Under the pieces are notes generated by a model, which worked only from the letters and a program-made list of their open reading frames with translations, was not told where the DNA came from and searched no databases. From NCBI GenBank assembly GCA_013115145.1, contig JAAPAO010000324.1, forward strand, positions 1 through 39,676: a stretch of DNA of 39,676 nucleotides. Reading direction: 5' to 3'. Each line of letters opens with the position of its first letter. Position 1 is the first letter of the stretch. Source of the stretch: Perkinsus chesapeaki ATCC PRA-425. Its lineage: Eukaryota; Protista; Perkinsozoa. The translations under genes were made by a program, and so were the position numbers. This document shows positions 11,094 to 24,140 of this stretch, piece by piece.

Positions 11094-11634
11094 ATGTTCC
11101 TTCGCGCATTACTTTTGGCGTCGTCTATCTGTGCCCTGGCCGTTGGAGTGGACTTCAGTGGTATCACTCTCGACGGGCCGGACACTACGACGCCATTTGA
11201 CTTCGAGGGGTTCCTTGCTGATCGTGTCGGATGGGAATCCCAAGAAACCACGATGCAGGCTGCTACTCCGGCCCCCGACGTGTAAGACACTCACGCTTCT
11301 CCAATTCTCGGTTATATCTCTTTCCTTTCAGGTTGGCGATCACCACGGCCCAGCCTACTACATGGGCAGAGGTCTCTGCCCCGGCCGATGCTGTGGTTGG
11401 GAGCGGCGAGTCTTCCAACGGCATGCTGGCTGCCATCTTGATCATAAGTAGTGTACTACTTGTGAGCTCGATGGTCCAGTGTTGGGTCGTACTCGAGTTA
11501 AGGAGGGTCGCTAGACGATCGGAGGCCGGACCGGATGAAAGGTAAATAACTAACAACCATCAATAAGTTAACTCACTCTTTTCAGGCCTGAAGGAAACAT
11601 TGCTTACCATAAGGACCTTGAAGTTGGGCAGTAA
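11094..11634 (+). CDS. Small type I membrane/surface protein (signal peptide, Thr/Ala/Pro-rich stalk, TM helix, short tail)
   Basis: MFLRALLLASSICALAVG signal-like start. Stalk TTMQAATPAPD/LAITTAQPTTWAEVSAPA. TM MLAAILIISSVLLVSSMVQCWVVL. Tail ...ERPEGNIAYHKDLEVGQ*. Two GT-AG introns. Confidence 0.75.
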
Positions 11635-11970
11635 GCAAATAGTTGTGTGAGCGTAGACTCCATGAAACATATTAAACGTTGTTGTTATAACCACAATTGG
11701 GTTGCGTTGACAGTAACACATATAGAACAAGAACGATGGTAACGGGAGAGCTGACAAACCTGTTGCAGAGGGTATGAAGGTCATTAGCAAAGACTCTTTA
11801 CAGTATAGACAGCATGTACTGTACAAGATGAAGAATAGTTTCATAATAACAAGTTATTTAGTAATAACAGCGTGGTTCTAGCACAACGACAGCCAGCAAG
11901 CGGACACTCCATTTGCATTAAAGCCACCTGCTGGCGTAAAACAACAATCGCCGTGAGTCCAAACTCGCGA

Positions 11971-12011
11971 CAGAACGTTTCTGCGCAGTTAATCGATCGG
12001 GTGATCGATTA
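11971..12011. promoter_or_regulatory. Cluster of dyad-symmetry elements upstream of RPS12
   Basis: TAATCGATC-GGGT-GATCGATTA (11990-12011, perfect 9-bp stem), CAGAA-CGT-TTCTG and CTGCGCAG, about 60-100 nt before the ATG. A regulatory role is inferred only. Confidence 0.35.
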
Positions 12012-12071
12012 CGGGAATCACGCTTTGCACGTGATTTCCGAAGTTACACTTGCTCATAACAAGAAATCATC

Positions 12072-12596
12072 ATGTCTGACATCGACGCTGCTGAGGAGAT
12101 CGACCAGCCAATCGAGGTAGTCGAAGAGGCAGCTAGATGGAGGAAGACTATACTGTATTGTGTTTCAGGTCGAGGAGGCAGTTACGGATCTTAACTCTGC
12201 CATCCGTCGTGTTCTCAAGAACGCCATCGCTGTTGATGGTCTCGTTAGAGGCCTTCACGAGACCGCCAAGGCCTTAGAGGCTGGACGCGCTAATGTAATA
12301 ATAACTATACTATTAGAACCACCTCAATTCATTTTGTATAGGTCTGCTTCCTTGCTTCTTCTTGCAACGAGGATAACTACAAGAAGCTCATCCAGGCTCT
12401 CTGCCTTGAGCAGAACGTTCCTCTGATTGAGGTCCCCGATAACAAGCAGCTTGGCGAGTGGGCTGGCCTTTGCAAGATCGATAAGGACGGCAACCCTCGC
12501 AAGGTTGTTGGTGCCTCTGTTGTTGCCGTCACCAACTACGGTGATGAGGATAACGAGGGCCTCAGGTTCCTTAACAATCACATTGCTTCCCAGTAA
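12072..12596 (+). CDS. RPS12: 40S ribosomal protein S12 (eS12)
   Basis: Three exons: [15 protein letters not shown] / [37 protein letters not shown] / [21 protein letters not shown]...[26 protein letters not shown]...*. Confidence 0.97.
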
Positions 12597-12807
12597 AGTG
12601 ATTATACCAATTATGACTAACAAACGGATAATTATGATCTAGCAACGGAGGACAATTGTTGACGATGACAGTAGTTTCTTACCATCCGATGACGAGTCAG
12701 AAATTGATATGGCAATATGATGTTTTGAGTTTCAACTTCAATAATCTGCGGGTGGTTAAGGGCTGTGCTACTCGTCAGTTTTTTAGCTTTCAGAGAGAGC
12801 ATCATCA

Positions 12808-13900
12808 ATGTCCACTTTGTATACCACCTTACTTTTAGCCATCATCGGTCTTGTCTTGGGGTTTGACATCAATAGTGCACTTTCCTTGGATGAAACAACA
12901 CTAGATAAGGTCAACACCACCACCATGGGGATTATTGAAATGTATTGTTATTAATTTGTGTTTGGTCATATCAGGTCATATCCAACGCTAAGAATAAGCT
13001 CCTCATTCGTTTTGATAAAACTAGTACTAGAGGTGAAAATGAAGTATTGTTTGGGAATGTTGCTAAGGTAATAGTAGTTTTTTAATTGTATATAGATTAA
13101 TGCTAATCTTTAGACTGCCCGTGATATCGATGATATATTAGTGGCTTTTATGTCTATTGAGGGCTTTGATAAGGAACCTGAGAAGGCTGAGGCAATGAAG
13201 AAATACGGTAAGTATAACCAGGCCGGCGGCGGCGGCGGTTGATGCTGCCACGCTTTATCGTCCGTAGGCGTTGAGGAATTACCAACTTTTATCATGTTTG
13301 TTGATGGCAAAGAGGTATCTCGTTATAATGATGGTGAGGAGGTAACTCATAAAACCAAATTTAATAAATGGTTAATCAAACAAGGAGTTGAGATACTGAT
13401 GGAGGGAACTGCTATATCATCCTTTGACGTAATAAGTGTTGTACAGTAAATGCTCATAAGATTATATATGTTATTAGAAACTACTTATCAAGTTTATATC
13501 TACCACTGAGGGAAGGGATGAGTTACTTGAAACAGTTAAGGAAATGGCATCATCTGACAAGTATAAGGATAATAGGATGGCTCAGGTGGGATCAATTAAC
13601 CACATTATTATTAGTAGCAATAAGAGTCATTGATATCTGCTACCCTTATTAGATCTATCCAAAGATTATGGACAAGATATCATCTAAAGGAGTAGAGTAC
13701 TGTGATAAGGAGTTTAACAGACTTAAGGCTTTACTGGCTTCAAGTGGTGACTCTATCAATTCGAGTAAGCGTAGGGAGATGAAGGATAAGATAGTGGTAA
13801 GGTGGCTATATGAACACACTAATACGCATAAGTCCGTTAGATACTGGAAATATGCAAGGACAGTGTCACCGCTTCCAGCAGCACCGGAGGCGAGTTGTAG
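12808..13900 (+). CDS. ERp29-like ER luminal protein (redox-inactive thioredoxin-like domain plus helical C-domain)
   Basis: Signal peptide, LSLDETTLDK, LLIRFDK, YGVEELPTFIMF, IYPKIMDKISSKGVEYCDKEFNRLKALL. The preferred last exon is ILEICKDSVTASSSTGGEL*. No CxxC seen. Confidence 0.8.
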
Positions 13901-14105
13901 GGGCCTTTTTCGTGGCTACTATTTCTAGTGGCATGTTTTACAGCTTAGTTGGGATTTTACGGCCCGTTTTTTATTATCAGAGTTTCACTCAATTCTTGGT
14001 ATTGTGTTGATTAATTAGACTAGTTGACCGTTGGTATGATGATTTAACGAATATATAAAAGGTTAATCGACTATCATACTATCAATACTTGTACGTTACA
14101 CAGTC

Positions 14106-14670
14106 ATGCTTGTACCAACACCTCTACCATCAACAGAAGTTAAGAAAGCGTACCGTGCACTGCAAACTGCTGCTACAACACAGGATGGTCTATCATCATT
14201 CAAATTCCTTAATTTCAGCGGTACGTTGCTAAATCATAACCACGTTGGTTCAATACTTCTGTGGTGTGGTAGGCTGGCTCGACTTACAGTTGGCAGCTCA
14301 AAAACGGGCTTTATTGAAGTTTGCCGGTAACGATAGTAGCTCCAGTGGCTGCTTATTACCACGACCATCATCGGAGGTCAGGGATACTTTGCAGGGGATA
14401 ATCATTCTTATGCCCTCTGCAGGTTCTCAGCCACTCAAAGTCACTACCTGCGTTATCTTCTGTTGATGAGAGTGCTCATCATCATCGTCATCATGGTCGC
14501 CGCCCTCCTACACTAGGACAGCGGGGGTTATTGAGGCCAGGGCCGGCTGCTACTACATTTGCTGGTAAATGGATTAATCGTGGCATTGGTATTGAGGAAT
14601 TCTACACCCCACATGTACCACAATATAGATTATTACACTATAATACAGCAACAGGAAGCTTATAGCTCAT
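14106..14670 (+). CDS. Possible short multi-exon hypothetical protein
   Basis: MLVPTPLPSTEVKKAYRALQ... followed by GT-AG-bounded open segments (GWLDLQLAAQKRALLKF..., VLSHSKSLPALSSVDES...). The end is uncertain. Confidence 0.35.
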
Positions 14671-14811
14671 CATTATCATCATGTTCACATCACATACAGC
14701 TTATTAGCCTTATTGTCATTATATTTATAATAGTATTATTGAGTTAAGTTGATTAAGTCAAATACTGACAATACAACAACACAGATCGGCATTTTACACT
14801 TATCGGCGATT

Positions 14812-15845
14812 ATGATACGCGAGGAGTGGCAATACCATGATAAAGGCACCACTAACACATTTCCCAGGTGGATAGTTAACTATCAGGTAACCTGATAATC
14901 AAGGAGGAAGAGGATAGTACCGCGTTAAACAATGGTGATGATGATGATCTGCGGTATCATGAACATTCGAGGCCTCTACTGGCGACATCTAGAATGCATA
15001 CTTTGAATACCAATGGAAGGGTCATAGTACAACATAGACGTCGACGACGATGGGGAAAATATCGAAGGATATTCAATTTTGTGTTGATATATTCAACCGT
15101 TATTGTTGATTTTATGGGGTAATATTAATGATCCTAATCCAACTGGTAATAATGCTGTTAGATACACACTACTGGCCCCATTGGGTTATTATTTTATATT
15201 ATATTTTAATGTTAATATCGGTATAGGAACAGCTAGTTCATTACTTATGTCATCGTAATAATAGTATCATACTAATCAGATAATAAAGCAGCAGCACATA
15301 TTGAATTAGATACGGTTCGGGTCTATTTATATCATCCTTAATATTAGGGTCAATGTCAGACTCATATGGTAGAGCTAGAGTAGTCCTCTGGGCCTTATGG
15401 GGTACTGCTGCTGCATACTTTGCTCAGGTAGTAGTAGTAATATACAAGTAGTGTTAATGTAATGTTATATAATGTTTCAGGCAGTAGCATGGTCATTTAC
15501 ATTATTAGTATTATTTAGATTTATTGGTGGTTTATTCGGTGGTACTAGACCAGTACTATTAGCCTATCTAGCTGATACAGTAGCCTATTATCCTTTATAT
15601 ATCATCATTATTAATGCAGGTCACACCGAATGATATGCCATTCTATTCATCTTTAATTGGTCTATGTGTAGCTGCAAGTCAATGTTTGGCAAGCGGTGCT
15701 GGAGGGGTATGTACACTATAGTACGCTTCCACCCACTTACACCACCACCTTTCAGGCATTAGCTACTATAAGCCTCCAAACACCATTATGGGTATCATGT
15801 TTTATAACAGCATTAACAGCGGTGCTTGTAGCACTATGGCTTGAG

Positions 15846-15896
<51 letters not shown>

Positions 15897-17131
15897 CTGC
15901 ATTCGGCGGTTAATATAAAGTACTTAACAGGAGCCTATACAAGATGGTGGTGGTGGTACATCCACTCAGCCATCAGCGGTTGTTGTTGCATTACGTCTGA
16001 TGAGTAGAACATACAACTCTTTTGAGTCGATGGATGTGTGTCAAGGCAGCAGCAGCAGTAGCAGTAGCAGTAGCAGTAGCAGTAGCAGTCCACTAGATGA
16101 TGGTGATGGGCAATATGATGGAGGGTCATCGAGTATACGACGACATAATGTAACAGCAGCAGCAGCAGCAGTTGAGGCAGCAAGACGGATGGGGTTGCAA
16201 AAGAAGAGAACAGATGATTATATGAGATCTTATGAGTGGTATAGTATATTCATAAGTGGTATAATACTTGGTGGTAGTATACAGTTTAACTTCTCATCAT
16301 GGATAACATTATTACCATTATTATGTGGTAATACATGGAAGCTAGAGAGTGATATAACTGGGTATATATTAGCATCACAAGGTATTGTTACAATCATATC
16401 TAATCTATTAATATTTATCCCATTGTCAAGGTAGGTAAATACCATTGTTTGCCCCCACCGTTATCAATGTGTATTTATTATTAGATATATTAATATAGCT
16501 ACAATAGCATCCCTTGGTGGTCTTTGTCATAGCCTTATTATTATAGTAGCATATATACAACATCATCATATACATTTAACTATTATTATTGGATATTGTA
16601 TAACAATAGGTTAGTATACTATTATTATCCTACTAGCCGTTCTAGCCTATTCATCTGTGTTAGTAGGTAATACATTGACATTAGCTGCATTACCAGTAGT
16701 ATCTAAGTTAATAGCTCCCCTACATAGAAGAGGTAATGTTATATACAATATCGTGCAGTATTATTGTTATTGTTTTATAATGTAGGTTTTGTTAATGCTG
16801 TTGTTATGAGTACTCAGAATTTAAGCATGGTTATAGGACCATTATTAGGAGGTTATATGCTTGATAAAGATCCACAACATAGGCTACCTTATATAGTAAT
16901 AATAAACAACAACAACAATTATAATACTATTATTGTTAATAACAATATTACCATTGTTATCGTTATTGGTAGGTTATGTCAATATTTGGTATTGTTGGTT
17001 TAATTGCTGGTATATACATACGTATCAATATATCTAAAGTGGAGATGTCTTTAAAGTGTCTTGATGAATATAATAATAACCACCACCAGCACCAGCAGCT
17101 GCAGCATCATCCATCATTATCATCTTTCTAG
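14812..17131 (+). CDS. Major facilitator superfamily transporter (DHA1/TetA-like)
   Basis: TM1 FVLIYSTVIVDFMG. MFS motif A GSMSDSYGRARV. FRFIGGLFGGTRPVLLAYLAD. A long Ser-rich central loop. C-half GFVNAVVMSTQNLSMVIGPLLGGYML. Many short introns; both ends approximate. Confidence 0.85.
15846..15896 (+). repeat. (GTA)17 microsatellite forming the 5' end of an MFS intron (15846-15930)
   Basis: Perfect GTA repeat directly after exon codon GAG. The flanking exons join in phase 0. Confidence 0.95.
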
Positions 17132-17444
17132 ATCTAATCCACACTCCTCTTTCCACTCTCCCATAGGAGCCTATAATCTCTGTAATCTTTCAATCAGTTG
17201 TTCTCTCCCCTCATTACTAGTATATATTGCTTACCTTCAATCATCACTCTATTTTACATTGGCCTACTGTTGCTGTTGTATACCTAGGCGTCAGCTCCCG
17301 GGTCATTGCTCACGTACATCCTACCTGCCACCGCTGCCAATGTGCATCTGCTGCAACTAGCTTCCTTCTGGTTGCATCTGTAAAAGTCATTTACTTATCT
17401 ATTACTAGTAAATTCAACGTGCTAGTTAGTTGTTTTTGTTTTCT

Positions 17445-20400
17445 ATGTCATCTGCTAGTAGTGCTTCTGCTCTCCCTCCTCCTCCCTCTGCTGCTGCTGC
17501 TGGTGGTAGTAGTAACCATGCTACACTGCCATCAGCCTCATCCTTATCCTCTTCATTATCTTCAGAGCTATCTCTGCCACCGAGTGTTACAGGACCTCTT
17601 TATGGTATATTATCATTAGATTTATGTGAGGTAATTCAAGATAATGATGATCAAGTTACTCCACAACAACAAGAGCAGCAGCAGCAGCCAACTGCTATGG
17701 ATAACACAGAGGGCTGCTGCTCTTCACCCACTAAGTTTAGAGTTGTATGGTGGGGTGATACAACTACTATTAAAGATGCCAATTCAACAACACAACAACA
17801 ACAACAGCTGTTGACGTAGGGTTTGTTACTAACGACATATGGACTAATACTACTACTACTCGTTGTTATTATTCAGTCCTGGTAACATAGCTACACCATT
17901 TGATAAATGTAAGATATCGTATAATATAAGATGCACCCCACCTAAATTCCTCAAATATCTTAATGGTAAGCTGCTGCTGCTGTCGCTGCTGCTGCTGCTG
18001 TCGCTGCTGCTGCTGTTGTTGATGCTGCGGCCCCCCCTCTGCTACAGCATGCATCAGATGCACGCTCTGTGTCGCTACGTGGAGTAGGATCACCTGAATT
18101 AGCATTACAAGTATGTAAATTACCATTACAACCAGCAGTAGCAGAAGCAAGATCAGGGGGTACAATGACAATAAGGATAGACGGGTGAGCAGCAGCAGCA
18201 GCAGCACCCTCCTCCTTATACAAGGAACTCCGCCCTAATAGCTATTCTAAAGGCTAATGCTTGTCAATAATACTTAGGTGTTTCCCAATAGTTAACACTC
18301 ACCGTGAAAGCAAAAGAATGGGACAGAAGCTAAGATTAAAGCTGAGTGTTGATTGGAAGACTAATGCACCTAACCAATTTACAACAACAACAGCAAAAGC
18401 TGGGGTTAGTTATTCTCATTATAACCCTACAAAGTCTCCTCCTCCTCCTGCTGGTGGTATGGGCACATGTGCCGGTGATAGGTGAGTGGTGTGTTAAAGG
18501 TGGATAATGATACTTATGTTTGTAGTAGGCCTCCTCCTCCTCCGCCACCAATGGTTATACCTCCTCATTCTGGTATACCCATATCACCATCTCATCATAC
18601 CAGTGCTATTGCATCATCATCAGCAACACCATCATATGGTAATTTTATTGATAATAATTACAGTGTAGGTGGTTTAGGTTGTTGTTTTATATATACTGAA
18701 TATATTATTTAGGATAACACTAGTCACCAACATCTACATCCTCCTCCTCCTCCTGTTGCTGCTGGTGGTATAGCCTATAATAGGCCGTCGCCTAGTCAGC
18801 CTACAGTCTCTGGGTGTAGGGTATATCCACCACCACCACCTGTGATGGAGTTACCTGCTGCTACACCATCACCAACTTATTATATTGGACCACCACCGCC
18901 ACATTATAACCAACAACAACCGTCGCCATATTCAAGATACATAGCGTCAACACCAGTGGAGGCAGCAGCAGCAGGAGCAGCAGCAGCCCTACAGCAACAG
19001 CAACAACGACCAACACCATCTATTAATACTAGCAGATGGCAGCAGCAGAACCAACAACTTTATGATGGAGTAGCCGGCGGGTCTATATTATTCCGTCAAA
19101 GTAACGTGTATTTATCAACTCTATATTATTAATATTCATCCTTAATAGATTCTGGTGCCAGTCTGGTGCCAGCCGACCCATCGACACATATCGACCCATC
19201 TCCTCCTCTTCCTCCCTTACCCCAAAGTAAAGTCATACTAACTCAACCTGCTTCAAAGGCTACTAATGCGGTCGAGAAGTATAATGAAGAAGAGAAGATG
19301 AACGAGGGAAGAGGAGGACGAGGAGATGGAGGAGGAGGAGGAGGGTTATCCACTGCCTTACAGTTGGCAGCTGTTTACTCCGAGCCATTTGGATTCTTAC
19401 CCTCGTCGACCAAGCCATCTGATCGTCAATGGGCTGAGCTACTCGCCGCTGATCCTATGTTTGAGAGCCCTCATCATGGAGAGGGGAATCGTGATAGTGA
19501 GAAGATGAGGAGTACAACACCTATAAGGATGGATAAAGGAGGAGGAAAGAGAAAGGAAAGGATTCATACACCACCACCAAACCAACAACAACATAACCCA
19601 CCATCTAAGGTAGTAGGAAGGCTTGTTGTTGCTGTTGACGTTCAATTAGAGAGTATGGAAGAGCCAAGGCACGCCAACATCAGGAGGAGAGGGGCATAAA
19701 AAGAGGACAGCACGTACACGGAAGAGGTCTGTGGATAAGTCAACTAAAAAGCCCAGCAGTACCACCGCCACCGCCGCCGGGGCAGCAGCAGAAGCAGCCA
19801 TCCACCCGAAGTCTACAGCCCCCCGCCGCCGCCCTGTTCATCATCATCATCCTGTTGATGCTACTGGCCGGCACCGTTCAAATGAGAGTAGCGAGCTGTG
19901 GGTGTTTATGGCAGTACAATCCTTAACACCAACTGATGGAGGGCCACCGTTACCTCATGATCTAATTGTACGATTAAGAGGGCCTAACACCGTTACTCAG
20001 GTATAGGGGGGAGGGAGGCGGTGATGATGATAATGATGAAATAAAAGTCATGAGTCACATTTGAAATCCGGAAGGGAAACTTACTTAGAAAATTAAATAT
20101 ATATAGATTTGTAGCGTTGCTCCCACTTTACTCGGTCCTTAGGAATTGGATAAGCCGCCATTGGATGGTTATGGTTATTATGGGGAAGAGGAGCTACGCT
20201 ATCTGGCGATGGTTAATGATGCTCTTATAACACAATATGATGATGATGAAGAGGATGAAGAGGATTATGGAACTAATAATCGATCACCCAGAGTTCAAGC
20301 AGCGATCGAATTATGGCAAGGGGAGAATCAGTTGTAATGCCACCACCACCTTCATTAACCTTACTCATGTGGTAGTAACAGGTACGGTGTTGGTCGTATA

Positions 20401-23400
20401 GCCCTTGATCTAGCCCCTCGTGATCTATCAGCATTATCCAACCGTGCACTAGTCCGTATGGAGGCACTGGTAGATTGTGTGTCTGGATGGAGTGGTGCTG
20501 TAGGAAGGGGGGGCATCCTTGTTGATCATTGGTATTGATATGCTACATTAGCATAATCAGATACTTGCAACCTGTCAGCTACTTGTTGACGTATCATCTG
20601 ATAGGGTGCCTTTGGAGAACGCCCTCCAGATGAGGTTCAAGCATCATATATTTAATGATAATAAAGAGCAGAGGAAGAAGAAGCTGACTAATAGGTCTGG
20701 CCACCACCTTGACAACAGCAGCAGCAAGAGTTATATAGAGAATGAAATTATGGATGAGAAGCAAGCAGCCTCACCGAAAAAGCTCAACGATACTCTTGCA
20801 GTGCTGAAGATGAATTTGCGTAAATCTAACGAGGCCTTACTAGAGGAGCTATCGGATGGGCCATCATCTCCTGGTATTAATGCTGCTGCTGTCGGAGAGG
20901 AAGAGGAGCTAACATCGCCCCAAGTGCTGCAGCGAGCGGTACCAATAGCAGCAGTGATTGATGGCAACTCTGCTGCTGTTGATGATGTTGGGGATGTTGG
21001 GTATGATGGTAAAGCATTACTAACATCAGTGGGGACATCTCCAATCATACTACCTGAAGAGGAGGAGGAGAAACATCCAGCAGCATCACCGACGCCGCCG
21101 CCGACACCGAGCAGCAACAGCACTACAAGGCAGGATGACTCAATAATATCTTACCGTTTTATCGATGACAGTATGAAAGGATGCACGCTTAACCATCATC
21201 ATCATCAACTTAACCACACCTCTTCATCAGCGGTAGTTGCACTGAACGATAAGGAGTCGGCTAGGCTGCTACCATCCCGCCTTGATGATAATGAACAGGT
21301 AGTATCATACATGTCGTAAAGGGGGCCATTTTCTGGTGCTGCTGCCGCTTATAATAACTATTATTAATATCTCAGGGCGGCCTATCATATTACCCACGTA
21401 TAAACAATGTCGGTAATGGACCCGGCGCTTCCTCCCCAGTTTCTCATGGACATGTGGGAGTATCACGTGAAGAGAGGGAGCAGAAGGAGTATGTTAACAT
21501 GGTGAGCTTGATAACAACAGCAGCAGCAGCAATATCTGGACACTTCGTTGATAGCATTTACCATATAATATTATACCAATGTCAACAACAACAACAACAA
21601 GAAGAAGAAGCATATCATCAACGATGATGATAGACCATGGCGCTGCTGCTGTTACTAATGACGATGCTAGTGATGACAACGTACCGTATGCTGGTGAGCT
21701 GCTACTCCAATGTAATCTAATAACATCATCCCATACCATCAGATACGGAGACTTTACTTCGAGCATTGGCGTTGATGGACGAGAAGGTTAAGTATCTAAC
21801 CAATAGAGATACCAATGTCGGAGTGTCATCATCATCATCACCGAAGGTTATCGCAGAGGTTTGTTGCCACCGTCTAGGATGGGCTCTGTAGTAGTGGATC
21901 GGCTTATATGCCTCTACCAGATCACCACGGTACCACGAACTGCTGCCATAACTGGAAGTAATACCTCAAGTCAACACCAAGCAGCAGCTGGCGGAGGTGA
22001 TGATGCAAGCAGCGATCACTGTGCTGTCTCGGATGGAATAGAAGTAGATGGTGTAGAAGTGATGGATATAAGGGAGGAGGTGAGGCGGCGGCGGCGGTAT
22101 AGTTAGTTGCTGCTGCTGCTGCAACAGGAGATTTGACAATGCTGCACTTGTAGGGGGATCATGATGATGTCATTGCTCGACCTGAAGAGCAGCATATCGA
22201 CGAAAGCGGTGGAATGTCGGAGAATCCAAGCAATAGTGGTGATGAGAGTAAGGTTGGTATGAATGATGATATAGAGAAGGATGATATTGGTGATGATTAT
22301 GGTAAAGAAGGTGTGGCGAGGGTAATCGTACGTGCTGCCGCTGTGTATTGATGTGATTGTGATTCGTAGATCGAAGTAGATGATGATGAGAATGATGGCC
22401 ATACAGAAAAGGAGGAGCATTCGTCGACCCTACGAAGGATAGAGGTGGTGATGATGATGAGCTATTATAACAACCTGAGATTTAGTTATTTTTATTGTTC
22501 TTTAACTCCAGGAACTAGCTAGACGTGTTGTTGAATTGGAAACATCGACTAGATCTGCTGCAGCAGCAACATCAACAACAACAACAGCTGCTGCTGCTGC
22601 TGCTCCTGTTGTTGCTAGTCAGGGTTATGTAAGTGTAATGGGTCTAATTGAGCATACAAGTATTCATGCTACAGGCTGGAGTCAATGTTGCAACATTTAG
22701 TGATGATGATGATGATGCTGAAGAGAAGTCCCAGACTGCTCGTAATGAGGGTATCTATGGAGAAGAGTTGGAGGACAATGTTATGGGGCACATGAAGGAG
22801 ACAAGGAAAAGAAGAAGTCATTCTCCTATTGATCAGAGAAAGGAGGAAAATGTCGACCTTCATACTGAGAAGGTGGAAATACAAGAATGGATGATGCAAT
22901 ATGAGTTAAGTCGATACTATGTACAGGCTTCTCAAGCAGCACCTGCGGCAGCTGGACCAGCAGCATTGGCCAGTCCACAAGTGCCATTGATGGTAGATGA
23001 AAGCATTTCTAACCCTGACTCCTCTCTCCAAGAGGTAACTCGTGCTGCTGAGGAATTACCGAGTTAATGATTTATATCCTACTACTCTTAGCACATCTCT
23101 CAAGGAGTGATAGCAGCACCATCAGTCGAGTCGAGTAGCTGCAGCTGGCTGGAGGAGGGGCCCAAGATGTCGTCTATTCGTGACACTTCCTTATCACCAG
23201 AGATTATTCTCGAGCCTGCGGTGAGGAGCCCTAGGGAGATCACAGAAACCAGGAAATATAAAGCATTTGAAGAAGCTCCACTCGAGACAGTTGGTAGAGC
23301 AGATGATATTGTAGGATTAATGTTGGTTTTGTTATTAATGAGAATGTGCTGATATAGGTTGCTATAAGGCATCCTACACCAGTAGTAGATATCGAAGCAA

Positions 23401-24140
23401 TACGGCAGATATCGGTGAGGGTCAGCTGCTGCTGGTTGAGGGAAGGGGATATTCGCTCTACTCAGAGGTTGAACGATAGAATAGCCCATTTGGAGGTTAC
23501 AGCTGAGGAAGTTGTGGCGAAATATAAACAAGCTGAGGCACGTCTTCTACAAAACCACCACCATCTTCATCAGGTAATTACTTGATCATTTTCTGCACTT
23601 GACTTCTCAAAGGTTAATGCTTCGAGACATGTGGGGGACTCGCAGACGTTCAAGTTCCTACCGAGCGAGTCATGGATACCATTTTCCGATCCTCCTCAAC
23701 CTGGTCGAATGGGTCCATCTAATACTTGGCATAATAAATACAAGGTAAATGATAACATAGCGAGCATTTTGAGTGAATGCGGGATACATCATTATGAACT
23801 GTTGTCTTTAGGAAGTCAATGGAGCTAACATCTCACAGTGCGTTGAAGATCGACATCATAACAGTTATGAAGATGAAGATGAAGCAGGGTGTTATGGGAA
23901 ACGGAAGCCACCGACTAGTCGAGAAGTTCTCTGTATTTCCGAGGTAGATTCAGATTGATATGCGCAAACATATATTGACATCGTTAGAGAGAATACCGCC
24001 ATCCTCACAAGCCACCAGCATCGGTCCGTCTAGAGATGAAGCGTGCTCTAGTACGAGATGCCAAGCGTGTAGCAGCAATCCTTAGAGGGAGGGATAGACT
24101 GAGTCTTATAGACGACGACGATGAAGATGATAGTGATTAA
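17445..24140 (+). CDS. Large low-complexity protein with an N-terminal C2CD3-like C2 domain (may be one gene or two)
   Basis: The spliced N-terminus gives FRVVWWGD...CKISYNIRCTPPKFLKYLND...IDGCFPIVNTHRESKRMGQKLRLKLSV. This matches the recalled C2CD3 N-terminal pattern (VRWWG, YxIRCxPxxFxxYLxD, GFFxIV). Downstream come many Pro/Gln/Ser/Asp-rich exons, ending ...SLIDDDDEDDSD*. Confidence 0.6.

Noticed and set aside
11560-11844. Hydrophobic 94-aa minus-strand ORF with vague likeness to small ER or V-ATPase subunits
   Set aside because: It overlaps the last exon and 3' region of the + strand gene, no consistent upstream exon could be built, and several unrelated families fit equally poorly.
15696-23531. 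Poly-V, poly-L, CYCYCY and poly-A ORFs in the track
   Set aside because: Translations of intronic or antisense microsatellites.
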